Part shown: piece after piece, positions 41,059 through 51,100 of the stretch
How positions within the stretch are numbered: position 1 is the stretch's first letter
Layout of the letters: each line of letters starts with the position of its first letter
Virus record (IMG/VR): IMGVR_UViG_3300043184_000020
DNA from: a virus
Length of the DNA stretch: 64,000 bases
Direction: 5' to 3' (one strand)
Made by a program: the position numbers and the translations under genes
The notes under the pieces: model-generated
The model's database searches: none
The model's input: the letters and a program-made list of their open reading frames with translations, nothing else
Told to the model about the DNA's origin: nothing

Positions 41059-42486
41059 ATGGTTAAGCTTACCGTCCAGAACAGCTACTGTCAAGTCGAA
41101 GGTCTCACCTCAGAGCTTGAGAAGCGCCTTAAGGAAGAGATGCGCTACATGAACCAGTCGGTAGCTTACACCTACCACTCGAACCAGCGCGAGATCAACA
41201 GAATCCAGGCCATCCTGAACGACAAGTCGATGAAGCACGACGGATCTCTAGAAGGTCGTCTGAAGTTCTTGGAAGCTCAGAATCGTGGGTTGTTTCGAGA
41301 TCTCTACAAGGTCTTGTTCCGAGACGGACAGTTTCCCACCGGACTTCTTCCTAAGTTTAAGTCCATCATGGACGGATGCGGAGCAGAGTATCAAGTATCT
41401 GATCTGAGGCGTGAGCCCAAGAAGAAGCAGCTGAACTTCGTGCTCGCTAGGAGCTTCCCTCTTATGCGCTACTACCAGAGAGCGGCGTCTAGGGTCGCGA
41501 TGGAGAAGGGTCGTGGTATCGTGGTCGCGCCGACGGGTACCGGCAAGACCTTGACCGTGGCACGTATGATCTGGGAGATGGGCGTTAAGACTCTGATCAT
41601 CACACCTAACAAGGCGATCACGGACAACATGCTAGATACTCTTACTCACTACTTCGGTAAGGGTAAGGTAGCAAAACTTTCAACTAAGTCTGTAAAGACC
41701 AAGGCCATAAACGTGGTCAACATCCAAGCTCTGATCAAGATCGACGCTAAGGTTTTCGAAGACGTCGACATGGTCATCATCGACGAGTTTCACCACGCTG
41801 CGGCGGCTACGTACCTAGAGGTTAATCAGAATCATCTGAAGAACGTGTACTACCGCATCGGTCTTACGGCTACGAACTTTCGAAACGACGGTGCGGACAT
41901 CGCTTTAGAGAGTGTGCTGTCGGAAGTTCTGTACGAGTACACCATCAAGCAAGCCATCGCTGATGAGTTTTTAGTTAAGCCCGAGTTCGAGATCGTGCCC
42001 ATCGAGCATGAGGGTAGGTCAAACTATCAGACTGAGTACAAGGAGTGTCTGGTCGAGAACGACGAGCGTAACGGTGTGGTAGCTGAGATCGTGGAACATC
42101 ACAAGAACGACTCGGTGATCGTGCTGGTTCAACAGATCGAACACGGTGAGCGCTTGGAGAAGCTCGTCAAAGGCTCTAAGTTCATCCACGGTGAAGAGAA
42201 GGATGATGTTCGTCAGAAGGCTATGGAAGACTTCCGGGCTGGTAGGCTAAAGTGCCTGATCGGGTCTAGCGTGATCGGTGAGGGTGTGGATCTTCCGAGA
42301 GCTAACATCCTGATCATGGCGGGTGGAGGTAAGGCTAGGTCTACGGTGATGCAGCAGATCGGTCGAGTGCTTCGACCTTTCGAAGGTAAGACGAAGGCCG
42401 TAGTGTACGACTTCAGCGACGAGGGTGCTTCGTACTTAGAAGAACACTCTGTACTTAGACAGGAGATCTACAATACTTATGCTTAA
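41059..42486 (+). CDS. SF2 DNA helicase (DEAD/DEAH, ResIII-type)
   Basis: Motif I APTGTGKT, motif II DEFHH, motif III TATNFR, motif VI QQIGRVLR; start moved from GTG 41038 to ATG 41059. Confidence 0.85.
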   Translation: MVKLTVQNSYCQVEGLTSELEKRLKEEMRYMNQSVAYTYHSNQREINRIQAILNDKSMKHDGSLEGRLKFLEAQNRGLFRDLYKVLFRDGQFPTGLLPKFKSIMDGCGAEYQVSDLRREPKKKQLNFVLARSFPLMRYYQRAASRVAMEKGRGIVVAPTGTGKTLTVARMIWEMGVKTLIITPNKAITDNMLDTLTHYFGKGKVAKLSTKSVKTKAINVVNIQALIKIDAKVFEDVDMVIIDEFHHAAAATYLEVNQNHLKNVYYRIGLTATNFRNDGADIALESVLSEVLYEYTIKQAIADEFLVKPEFEIVPIEHEGRSNYQTEYKECLVENDERNGVVAEIVEHHKNDSVIVLVQQIEHGERLEKLVKGSKFIHGEEKDDVRQKAMEDFRAGRLKCLIGSSVIGEGVDLPRANILIMAGGGKARSTVMQQIGRVLRPFEGKTKAVVYDFSDEGASYLEEHSVLRQEIYNTYA

Positions 42487-42724
42487 GTTTCAGTGTGAGT
42501 GCCGCTACTGCGGGTTCAGATGGGTTAAGCAGGTTACCGAGTACGCCGCCAGGACCGGAGACCTTGATGGTATCCGCTGCACGAACGGTAGCTGTAACGA
42601 TCGTAACGTGAAGGTTACGGAACTTAGTAAGTCTGGAGGAGACGCGTTTGGTTATCGCTTCAGTCCAGACTTTCCTAAGGAAGATTTCAGCGGTCCTGGT
42701 TACTGGGGTCAGTATTCGGACTAG
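42479..42724 (+). CDS. zinc-ribbon protein
   Basis: CECRYCG...CTNGSC motif. Confidence 0.45.
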   Translation: MLKFQCECRYCGFRWVKQVTEYAARTGDLDGIRCTNGSCNDRNVKVTELSKSGGDAFGYRFSPDFPKEDFSGPGYWGQYSD

Positions 42725-45372
42725 ATCTCTGAGATCGTAAGTTCTGAATCTGAGCCAGACAGGGTAGCCGTACCACCGTTTACGCGCCAGTACATGTCAA
42801 GCTTGTGAACTCCGGCTGGAAGGTAGATCTGTTTTGACAAGTTTACTGGAAAGTTTCTGTTGGCTGTCGGGACTTCTACGACCCAGCGTGTTCCTGATAC
42901 CGGCGCTGAGTTTGCGTACAACTGCATTATGATCTGGTTGTTAGCGCCGTTGTTTGAGGCGTTTGCTCCGAAGTCCACTTTGAACCATCCGCCTTTAGAG
43001 GGTACGGTTAAAGACATGTCTGGAAGAGGGATAACGGTAGTGGATGTGGTGGTAGGGCTGCTAGTTACTCCAGTAGCAACTCCTCTGAACTTCTGCCGCT
43101 CTACCAAGCTCTCTACAGGGGAACGCTTCCTGGAGTCTGCGATAGCGCAGCTTCCGATAGGAAGAGTGTTCTGGATCTCGACGTTGCTAGCGACAGGTGA
43201 GTGGACAGGAGTGATGACGTCTACCGTGTCGATCCAGTGAACCGACGTAGTGTTGTTCTGAATTCGAAGTCTGTAAAGAGCTAGAGGTAGGCCACTTACT
43301 CGCATCATGTGTCCGTCGCCAGATCCAGTAGTCATGTTCAAGACGCCGGTCGTGTTGGTGAAGGTCCACCCAGACGTAGAAGAGGACACCAAGGATGGGA
43401 AGTTAGCTAGGGTCAGGTTAACTCCGTTTAAGGAAAGCTGCACGTTGTTAGCTAAAGACCCACCAGCCTCTCCTCGAATTTCAAATCCGGTTCCGTAAAA
43501 CGAGAGTTCTCGAGCAGAACCGCTCGCGTTACTTCCGGCTTCGTACCCCGCGATGTTTGCGGCTGGACTAAATCCTACAGACCACGAAGCGCCCAAGTAC
43601 GTAAACTCTCTGGTCGCCGTCTTGCGAAGAAGACCTGAGCCGATCGAGTGAACGCTAGCTGCGCTGGTGGGTACGTAGTCAGCCATCAGGAAGTGTTCAG
43701 CAAGTTCGATGGCTCCAGATGGGATGGACGGTTTCTTAGGAGCGTAGGTGATAAACCTCGAGATCCAAGGGCTGTTGGTGCCACCCAGTAAGTTTTGAAA
43801 ACGAACAACGTGAGTGCCGTAAGGAAGTCCAGACACAACCTTGCGGAGCTGTCTGACAGATCCCGAGGTTGAGATGGTTCCGATAGAAGTGTTGTTGACG
43901 AACACTTCCATACTTAGGGTACCACCACTTGCTAAGATCTCTACGTCAAGTCCGGTTCCCACGAACGTCAGGGATACAAAGTTTGAGGTGCCGTCGTGAG
44001 CAGCTACGCCTTCAACTCCGTTAACAGGGTCGATACGGCCTTGTAGGGCGGTGAGTGTCGTAGTACCGTCTTCAAGCGTGAAAGCTCGACTAGAGTTTGT
44101 AGGAGTCAAGGTGCTGAAGTCGTCAGAACGGTTTGCTCCGAATTCCCTAGGGCGATATACGCGGATGATGTCTTCGTAGGTGTGGTCAGCTGATGTAAGG
44201 TTCGCTTGCGCGGAGTTCACCGCCGTAGCAGCCTTAGCTACCGACCCGTCAGACTTAAGGTATGTAACTACGCGAGCACCGCGTGCTCCGATGGTGCTTA
44301 CAGAAGCGCCGTCTCTAACGATGGACTCAAAGCCGGTGGTCAAAGCTTGTTGAGCCTCGGAGATCAGGCTGATCTTCTTTGCAGAAGCTGATGCGGTTCC
44401 TGGACGAACTCGCACGTTCTGAGTTTCGCACAGAATCTCAACTCCACTTACTCCGAACGACCACGCTGGAGCGTTAGCCAGTCTGACCTTCACGGTATGA
44501 AGTCCCAGAGCGAGGTTGCTCGTAGCAGGGATGACGTTGTTTGGGTTGTAGTTTCGACCTGAAAGAAGAGTGTTCGCCACAGGCCAGATGTTACCGCCTT
44601 CTGCGCCTCCGTCTACGGACACGCGAACATCGGGGCTAGGGCTTCCGCTACCACCAAGAACTAGGAGGTTAAGTGCCGTTCCGTAGAAGGTAACTTCAAG
44701 ATAATCACCGCTCGTGGTGCTGATGGGCCTGAAGCCGTTTGCGTCGATGGTGTTGGTCCAGCCGTATCCTACGAAGCGAATGAGGTCTCGAGAGTCTCCG
44801 AGCACGCTGAACACTCGCTCACCTGCAGGTCCAAACTCGTTCTCGGTCTCAGTCACGCGGTTGATCGCGATACGCTCGACGCCGAAACGAGCTTTTAGGT
44901 CGTTGGCTAGGTCCGGGATGCGTTTACGGTTTACGATCTGAGTGTTAGGAACTGCGATGGTAAACGATTCGTCTACGAAAGCTTCAAATCCTTTTCCCAT
45001 CACGTCGTAGAGCTGTGTGAAGCGGGAGTCAGTCTGAAGCTCCTGGTCACGCTTAGCTCCGAGCTTGATCACCTCGATGGAGGTGCCTTCGGCCATAGGG
45101 GCGTTAAGGGTGATCTGTGAGCTATTACCTGACTGGTCTACTGAGGTAAAGGAGTAGTTACCGGTCTTAGAAAGAACCTTACCGTCGATGATGACTAGGA
45201 TGTTGTCCGAGTCGGATGCCTGGACGCTGAAGTTAAGGTTGATCACGGACTGCGCTGCGGTGGCAGCGGCCTCAAAGCGGTTCATCACCGGCATTCCCAG
45301 GTTCTGTGGGATGTCGGCGTTGGTTCTCTGCTTGATGTTTACCTTACGATTCAGGTCTAGAGTTTTTGGCAT
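42721..45372 (-). CDS. tail fibre / receptor-binding protein, paralog A
   Basis: 883 aa; shares a module of about 740 aa with two neighbours, including IVNR(K/R)RIPD, VRVSVDGGAEG and four F-x-GTG...G-x-H repeats. Confidence 0.65.
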   Translation of the reverse strand: MPKTLDLNRKVNIKQRTNADIPQNLGMPVMNRFEAAATAAQSVINLNFSVQASDSDNILVIIDGKVLSKTGNYSFTSVDQSGNSSQITLNAPMAEGTSIEVIKLGAKRDQELQTDSRFTQLYDVMGKGFEAFVDESFTIAVPNTQIVNRKRIPDLANDLKARFGVERIAINRVTETENEFGPAGERVFSVLGDSRDLIRFVGYGWTNTIDANGFRPISTTSGDYLEVTFYGTALNLLVLGGSGSPSPDVRVSVDGGAEGGNIWPVANTLLSGRNYNPNNVIPATSNLALGLHTVKVRLANAPAWSFGVSGVEILCETQNVRVRPGTASASAKKISLISEAQQALTTGFESIVRDGASVSTIGARGARVVTYLKSDGSVAKAATAVNSAQANLTSADHTYEDIIRVYRPREFGANRSDDFSTLTPTNSSRAFTLEDGTTTLTALQGRIDPVNGVEGVAAHDGTSNFVSLTFVGTGLDVEILASGGTLSMEVFVNNTSIGTISTSGSVRQLRKVVSGLPYGTHVVRFQNLLGGTNSPWISRFITYAPKKPSIPSGAIELAEHFLMADYVPTSAASVHSIGSGLLRKTATREFTYLGASWSVGFSPAANIAGYEAGSNASGSARELSFYGTGFEIRGEAGGSLANNVQLSLNGVNLTLANFPSLVSSSTSGWTFTNTTGVLNMTTGSGDGHMMRVSGLPLALYRLRIQNNTTSVHWIDTVDVITPVHSPVASNVEIQNTLPIGSCAIADSRKRSPVESLVERQKFRGVATGVTSSPTTTSTTVIPLPDMSLTVPSKGGWFKVDFGANASNNGANNQIIMQLYANSAPVSGTRWVVEVPTANRNFPVNLSKQIYLPAGVHKLDMYWRVNGGTATLSGSDSELTISEI

Positions 45373-45398
45373 CTTTCTTCTCTTATTCTTTAGGCTTC

Positions 45399-45407
45399 AT
45401 TATACCA
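45399..45407 (-). promoter_or_regulatory. extended -10, TGgTATAAT
   Basis: Upstream of fibre paralog A. Confidence 0.5.
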
Positions 45408-45413
45408 GGTTCT

Positions 45414-47699
45414 TTAAAGCTCTTTAACTGTGAAGCTTCTATTACCACCTACCATAGTAGATGTTCCGGAACTTGTTCTCCAGTAAACGTCAAGCTTATG
45501 AGTGCCTGGGGGAAGATATGTTATCAGCGAGTCGGCTAGGACTCCGGTAGCTCCAGCTGTATACGACATAAAGTTACGCTCGGAAGAAATTATAGATCCG
45601 TTAAGCGAGATGGACGCTATGGTTTGAACCCCCGCCACGCTACCGGATGCTGTTCCAGAGTAAGAGATCTCAAACCAACCGCCTTTAGAAGGTACGGTTA
45701 AGGACATGTCCACCATCGGTACTGAAGAAGTGCTTGTGGTGGTCGGGCTTGAGGTAATTGCGTTTGCTGTTGCCCTAAATTTTCTATCGGACGGATTCAC
45801 ACTAGCGTTTAGTACACGACGATCTGCCATGGACATAGATCCGATAGGCAGCGAGTTTTGCAACTCGACCGCCGACTCAGAGTAGCTATGCGTAGGAGTA
45901 ATGATGTCGAGCGTATTTACGATCACGAAGCTGCTAGCGGTGTTGTTGTTGAACCTGACCGTGTAACGAGCTAGAGGCAATCCACTGATTCTTAATCCTG
46001 CGCCTACTGTGGTAGATGCGTCGTTCTGGTCAAGGGTCCCTGACGAGAACGTGACTCCAGTTCCGTAAACACTAGAAGCGAGCGTAGGGAAGTTAGCGGT
46101 AGTTGCAGCAAGGCCGTTGAGCGTTACGCTGATGTTTGTGGATCGGTTAGAAGACGCTCCGAACCTTAGCTCGAATCCAGTTCCGAAGAACGTGTGTTCA
46201 ATGTATGAGTTAGTTCTATCCGATCCAACTTCTACAAATCCGATCGCGCTTGTGTTGACGGTTACGGGAGAGTTAAAGTTCTGAGTTCCACCCGTTCCGT
46301 TTACGTAGATGAACTCTCGGCTGCATTGTTTTCTGAGAACTCCGGTAGCAATCGTATCAAGCCCCGCTGTCGCGTTAGCAACGAAGTCTGCCATGACGTT
46401 GTAGTCGGCTAGTTCGATAGCTCCAGCTGGGATGGAAGGTTTGCGAGGTTGATAAACGGTAAAACTTCTAAAAAAGATTCCTGGGAAAGAAACTCCGCTA
46501 CGAGTAATTCTTACGACATGAGTTCCGTAAGGAAGACCAGACACTAACTTAGTGACTCGAGTACTAAGCGACTGAGTTGATATCGTACCTATACTAGATC
46601 CGTCCACAGACACCGTATAAGTGTCGATTGTGCCGCCTTGGTAGGTAATCTCTGCATCAAGACCAGTTCCCACGAAGGTTAAAGCTATAAAAGAAGTGTC
46701 TTGAAGTTGTATCGCTTCTCCGTTATTAGAAGGAGTTTGACCGACTAAAGTAGTGGTTCCGTCTTCTAAAGTAAAAAATCTACTAGAAGCGGAAGTTCCC
46801 AGCGTACTAAAGTCAGTGGACAGTCCCGCGCCAAACTCGCGAAAGTTATACACACGTGCGATCTCTTCGTTTGCGTGATCGGCTGCGGCGAGGTTCTGTT
46901 GAGTTGCGTTTACAGGTTGTACCGCAGACTGGATGCTTCCTGCAGACGCGAAGAGGACAACTCGTCCACCTCGAGATCCCGTAAGAGCTGTAGGCTTAGG
47001 AGGTAGTGTGACATCGCTTGCGTTGGTTACACGCCGTTGGTTCTGGATCAGAGAACCTTGAAGAACACGTACGTTGGTCGCTTCGTTTAGGATCTCAAAG
47101 CCCCAAGTGTTCATGTACTGAACAGCTGTATGGTTCTTACGAATTCTTACCGTATGAACTCCGGGAGACAGGCCGGAAACTACGGGAAGAATTACGTTAG
47201 CGTTCGTGTTCAAACCGTAAAGATTGATAGACCCACTTACAGCTGTAGCTGCTGTGATATTTGAGCCTTCAGCGCCTCCGTCTACGGACACGCGAACGTC
47301 CATAGAAGCTAGGCCTCCTGGAGCACACAACCAGTTAAGACTTGTTCCATAGAAGGTGATTTCGATGTATGAAGTGGTGTCGTTAGTAGCGCCTACTGCG
47401 CGGTCTACTCGAGCGCCTGAGTTATCGTTCGAGTTCTGCCAGTTTCCTACAAAGCGGATACGATCTTGTACTTCTCCGAGCGGAGCGTACACTCGTTCTC
47501 CGTTCGGACCAAACTCGTTCTGAAGAAGCTCAGCTCGATTGAACTGAACTCGCTCGACTCCGAACACCGCAGCCATAGATTTAGCTGGGTCTGGGATTCT
47601 TCGGCGATTAACGATCTGCGTAAAAGGCACGGCGATCGTAGACGCGTCCTGGAAGGAGACGTCTGGACTGCCTACGAAGTGTTTACCTAATGCCTTCAT
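45414..47699 (-). CDS. tail fibre / receptor-binding protein, paralog B
   Basis: 761 aa; begins directly at the shared module and has no N-terminal extension. Confidence 0.65.
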   Translation of the reverse strand: MKALGKHFVGSPDVSFQDASTIAVPFTQIVNRRRIPDPAKSMAAVFGVERVQFNRAELLQNEFGPNGERVYAPLGEVQDRIRFVGNWQNSNDNSGARVDRAVGATNDTTSYIEITFYGTSLNWLCAPGGLASMDVRVSVDGGAEGSNITAATAVSGSINLYGLNTNANVILPVVSGLSPGVHTVRIRKNHTAVQYMNTWGFEILNEATNVRVLQGSLIQNQRRVTNASDVTLPPKPTALTGSRGGRVVLFASAGSIQSAVQPVNATQQNLAAADHANEEIARVYNFREFGAGLSTDFSTLGTSASSRFFTLEDGTTTLVGQTPSNNGEAIQLQDTSFIALTFVGTGLDAEITYQGGTIDTYTVSVDGSSIGTISTQSLSTRVTKLVSGLPYGTHVVRITRSGVSFPGIFFRSFTVYQPRKPSIPAGAIELADYNVMADFVANATAGLDTIATGVLRKQCSREFIYVNGTGGTQNFNSPVTVNTSAIGFVEVGSDRTNSYIEHTFFGTGFELRFGASSNRSTNISVTLNGLAATTANFPTLASSVYGTGVTFSSGTLDQNDASTTVGAGLRISGLPLARYTVRFNNNTASSFVIVNTLDIITPTHSYSESAVELQNSLPIGSMSMADRRVLNASVNPSDRKFRATANAITSSPTTTSTSSVPMVDMSLTVPSKGGWFEISYSGTASGSVAGVQTIASISLNGSIISSERNFMSYTAGATGVLADSLITYLPPGTHKLDVYWRTSSGTSTMVGGNRSFTVKEL
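46374..46454. repeat. 81-bp perfect repeat, copy 1 (in fibre paralog B)
   Basis: Identical to 49134..49214 by direct comparison of the printed sequence. Confidence 0.95.
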
Positions 47700-47742
47700 A
47701 CACTGATCCCTTCATTCTCGAGTTTAAGCCCGTCGGTCACCA

Positions 47743-48123
47743 TTACAGTCCGAGAGCTTCGTCGCTGACTTCAGAGTCAAGGCTAAGATACAACTTGCGC
47801 TCAACCGAGTCCATGTTTGCCCAGGTCTTCTCAAGCATTCCGATCTTCTTGAGTCGGATAGCTTCTGCACGAGCTTCAGACTGAGCCTGAACCTGTGCCC
47901 TAGACCTGTAGCTGACAACCATCTCATGTTGATCGTCGTCAAGCTCGTCCCACTTTGCGCGGATTGCGTCTTCTTGGGCCTGAGAGTCTTCGGTGAGATG
48001 CACCACACACTTGGAGTGCGCAGAAACACCAGTACAGTCGCTGTTAGCTCTGCACCACTGCTCGAACGCGCTCAAGTTCACGTTGTGCGCTTTCCATTCC
48101 AGTTCTACGTTACGTTTGATCAT
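47743..48123 (-). CDS. hypothetical protein between fibre paralogs
   Basis: 126-aa ORF with AAGGAG RBS. Confidence 0.45.
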   Translation of the reverse strand: MIKRNVELEWKAHNVNLSAFEQWCRANSDCTGVSAHSKCVVHLTEDSQAQEDAIRAKWDELDDDQHEMVVSYRSRAQVQAQSEARAEAIRLKKIGMLEKTWANMDSVERKLYLSLDSEVSDEALGL

Positions 48124-48141
48124 TGATCGTCTCCTTCTTTG

Positions 48142-48170
48142 ATCTTACCCTTATGGGTAACTTTTTACAA
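48142..48170 (-). promoter_or_regulatory. promoter, TTGTAA-N17-TAAGAT
   Basis: In the 41-bp gap upstream of ORF 47743..48123. Confidence 0.4.
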
Positions 48171-51100
48171 TTCTTTGACTGTTAGTTGTCTAGTAGCTGA
48201 CGAATCGTCTACGTTACTAGTAAACTGTAATGTTCCAGTACTCGTTCTAAACTGAACCTGCAGATGGTGTACTCCTGGAGGTAGGTAGAATACCGCCTTA
48301 TGAGTAAACTGGATCACAGAACCGATTGAAGGCGGTTGAGTGTAGGTAGGTTGTCCTACGGGAGATCCGTTCACCGTAAACCTGATGTAAGCAGCTCCGT
48401 TAGCGACGGTGCTGTATGCTCCGGTCAAGAAGTCAGCTTCAAACCAACCACCTTTAGACGGAATGATGATCTGAGTGTTCGGTACCGGTACGAAGCTGGT
48501 AGAGCTTGTCGAAGGGTTAGTTAGACCGTACGAAACCGCTCTAAACTTGCGCTGCTCTTGAAGATCGAGGATGCTGGTCTTACGAGTGTCTCTGATTCCG
48601 ATGCTACCTACAGGCAGCGTGTTAGAGATGTCGAAAGGTTCCTCTGAAAGAGGGCTATGAACAGGGGTGATGACGTCAAGAGCTGCGACGTCCATAACGG
48701 CAGTTCCGCCAGAGTTCTGAGTAGCTCTGAAGGTGTAAAAACCTAACGGTAGTCCAGAAACTCTCAAAGTTCTTTCAGGTCCGTTGGTTGCGCTTTGTGA
48801 CAAAACACCTGTTGCCGAGTTGAACGTAGCCGGAGAAGTTACGCTGAAGGTAGCCGTCGGGAAGTTGGCAGTAGTTGCAGCAAGACCGTTGATCGTGATC
48901 AGGTTGTTAGAGGAGTAGCTAGGATCTGTGTAGAACCTAAACTCAAATCCAGTTCCGAAGAACGGAAGCTGAGCAAAAGATCCGTTTGCTACGGAGCCTC
49001 CGGCGGGAGTAAATCCACCTGAGTAGTTCTGAGGGGCAACAGAAGACATGCTCCAGCCGCCTTGATAAAAGAACTCTCTTACAGGGTACTTCCTAAGAAC
49101 ACCTGTCCCCATGGTGCCTAGACCGGAGGTAGAGTTAGCAACGAAGTCTGCCATGACGTTGTAGTCGGCTAGTTCGATAGCTCCAGCTGGGATGGAAGGT
49201 TTGCGAGGTTGATAGACTATTAATCTAGAGATGGAGCCGGAGTCAAAAGTACCGCCGCTCAAGCTAGCGTTTCTAATCCTAACCGTGTGGGTTCCATAAG
49301 GAAGGCCGGATACTGCTTTGTACTGGATAGCTCGATCTAGTGCGCTTGGTGCTCCTCTAGTTCCTACGGACACGCCGTCTACTATGATCTCGAGCCTAGC
49401 GTTGGTCTCGTAATCTTCGATCACGTAATCCAACCCGGTTCCTACGAACGTGATCATGAGAGAGTCTGTGGTGTTGGATAGGTAGATACCTTCCGCCCCA
49501 GAAAATAGGATAGAAGTTCCGGCGTTAGTTGCAGCTAAAGATGTGGTTCCGTCTTCTAGCGTGAAAGCTCGGTTAATGACAGAAGTTCCGGCGCTAAAAT
49601 CATCGGAACGACCTGCGCCGAACTCTCTAGGATTGTAGCTTCTTAATACTTCTTCATAGGTATGATCTGCCGATCCAAGATTACCCTGAGCAGAGTTTAC
49701 CGCGTAGGCAGATTTACCGATCGTACCGTCAGATTTAAGATAGGTTACGACTCGAGCACCGCGTGCTCCCAATGTTCCTACCGAGGCTCCTTCGCGAGTG
49801 ATCGAGTCAAACGTAGCACTTGGTGAGATGTTCTGGGCAGATGCTAGTGCAACTTTTCTTCCGGAAGCAAAGGCTGAGCCGGGTCGTACGTTAATGTTTG
49901 CGGATTCGTTAAGAATCTCGAAACCATAGAAGTACATCCCGTTAGCCGAGTTGCTTCTGATCTTTACCGTGTGAAGTCCGAGAGCAAGGTTCGAGGTGAT
50001 CGGTACTATCGTGTTAGCAGAGTAGTTTCTGTTATAAAGAACTCCAGATATAGAAGCTGGGTTGATGTTAGCTCCTTCGGCTCCACCATCCACAGAAACT
50101 CTATAGTCACGAGTTGTAGAATCTAGTCCCATCAAAGCGTTCAAACCCGTTCCGTAGAAGGTAACTTCTACGTAATCGTTGATCGTGGATACGGTTCCGG
50201 CTCGCTGACCAGTTGCTCCAGCGAAAGTCGACCAAGTTCCTACGAACCTGATCTGGTCGGTATTGTCGTTTACAGGCTTCCAAACTGCTTCACCTTGTGC
50301 TCCAAACTCGTCCTGTACTAGTGCGATCTGGTTTACGTGAACACGACGAACGCCCATGCGAGCGGAGAGGTTGTTAGCCAGGTCTGGAATTCGTCTGCGA
50401 TTTACGATGGCAGTAAACGGTACGGCTACTGTTGCCGACTGGTCTACGAGACCATCGATACCAGAAGCGATCATGAGTTGTTGAAGCGAGCTGATGTTCG
50501 AAGCGTTTACGCTGGTGTTGTCGATGACGCCTACGGTGCGTTTGATCAGGAGCGAGAGTCCAAGACCGCTGTAGTCGCTGTCAAGCTCGATGACGCTGTC
50601 AGAAACTTCAACGTAGTAAGCGTCTGCGGTGATCGTAGAGTCTACGAAGCGAGGAAGAAGCTTACCGTCAAGGTAAACTTCCAGAGAACCTTGCGCCTGT
50701 CCTGCGCTGATTCCTACAGGGTAGCTCCAGCTAAGCTGAACTCGAGTCTTTCCTGACGAGGAAGAAACAGAGCAGTTTAGTTCAGTTCCGCTTCCGTCGG
50801 TTAAGCAGTACGCCTGGTTAAGAACGTCGCCTGAGGTAGCAAAGGCTTCTTCGTGTAAGAAAACCTTATAGTCAAGAAGGTTTACGAAACCGCTTCCAGA
50901 GGACTTGTTCGAGAAGAATCGAAAGCGAGCTTGAGAACCAGCAACGGGTACAGACTGGATGGACTCGTCAGTAGTCAGGTCGGTCACTCGGGTGAGCACG
51001 CTCGAGAACGTAGAGTTGTCTGCGGAGGCTTGGTACGCGACGAGCGGTGTGACGCCTTCATCGAAGATGATGTCTCCGTCAGCTTCAGAGTCACGGTAGA

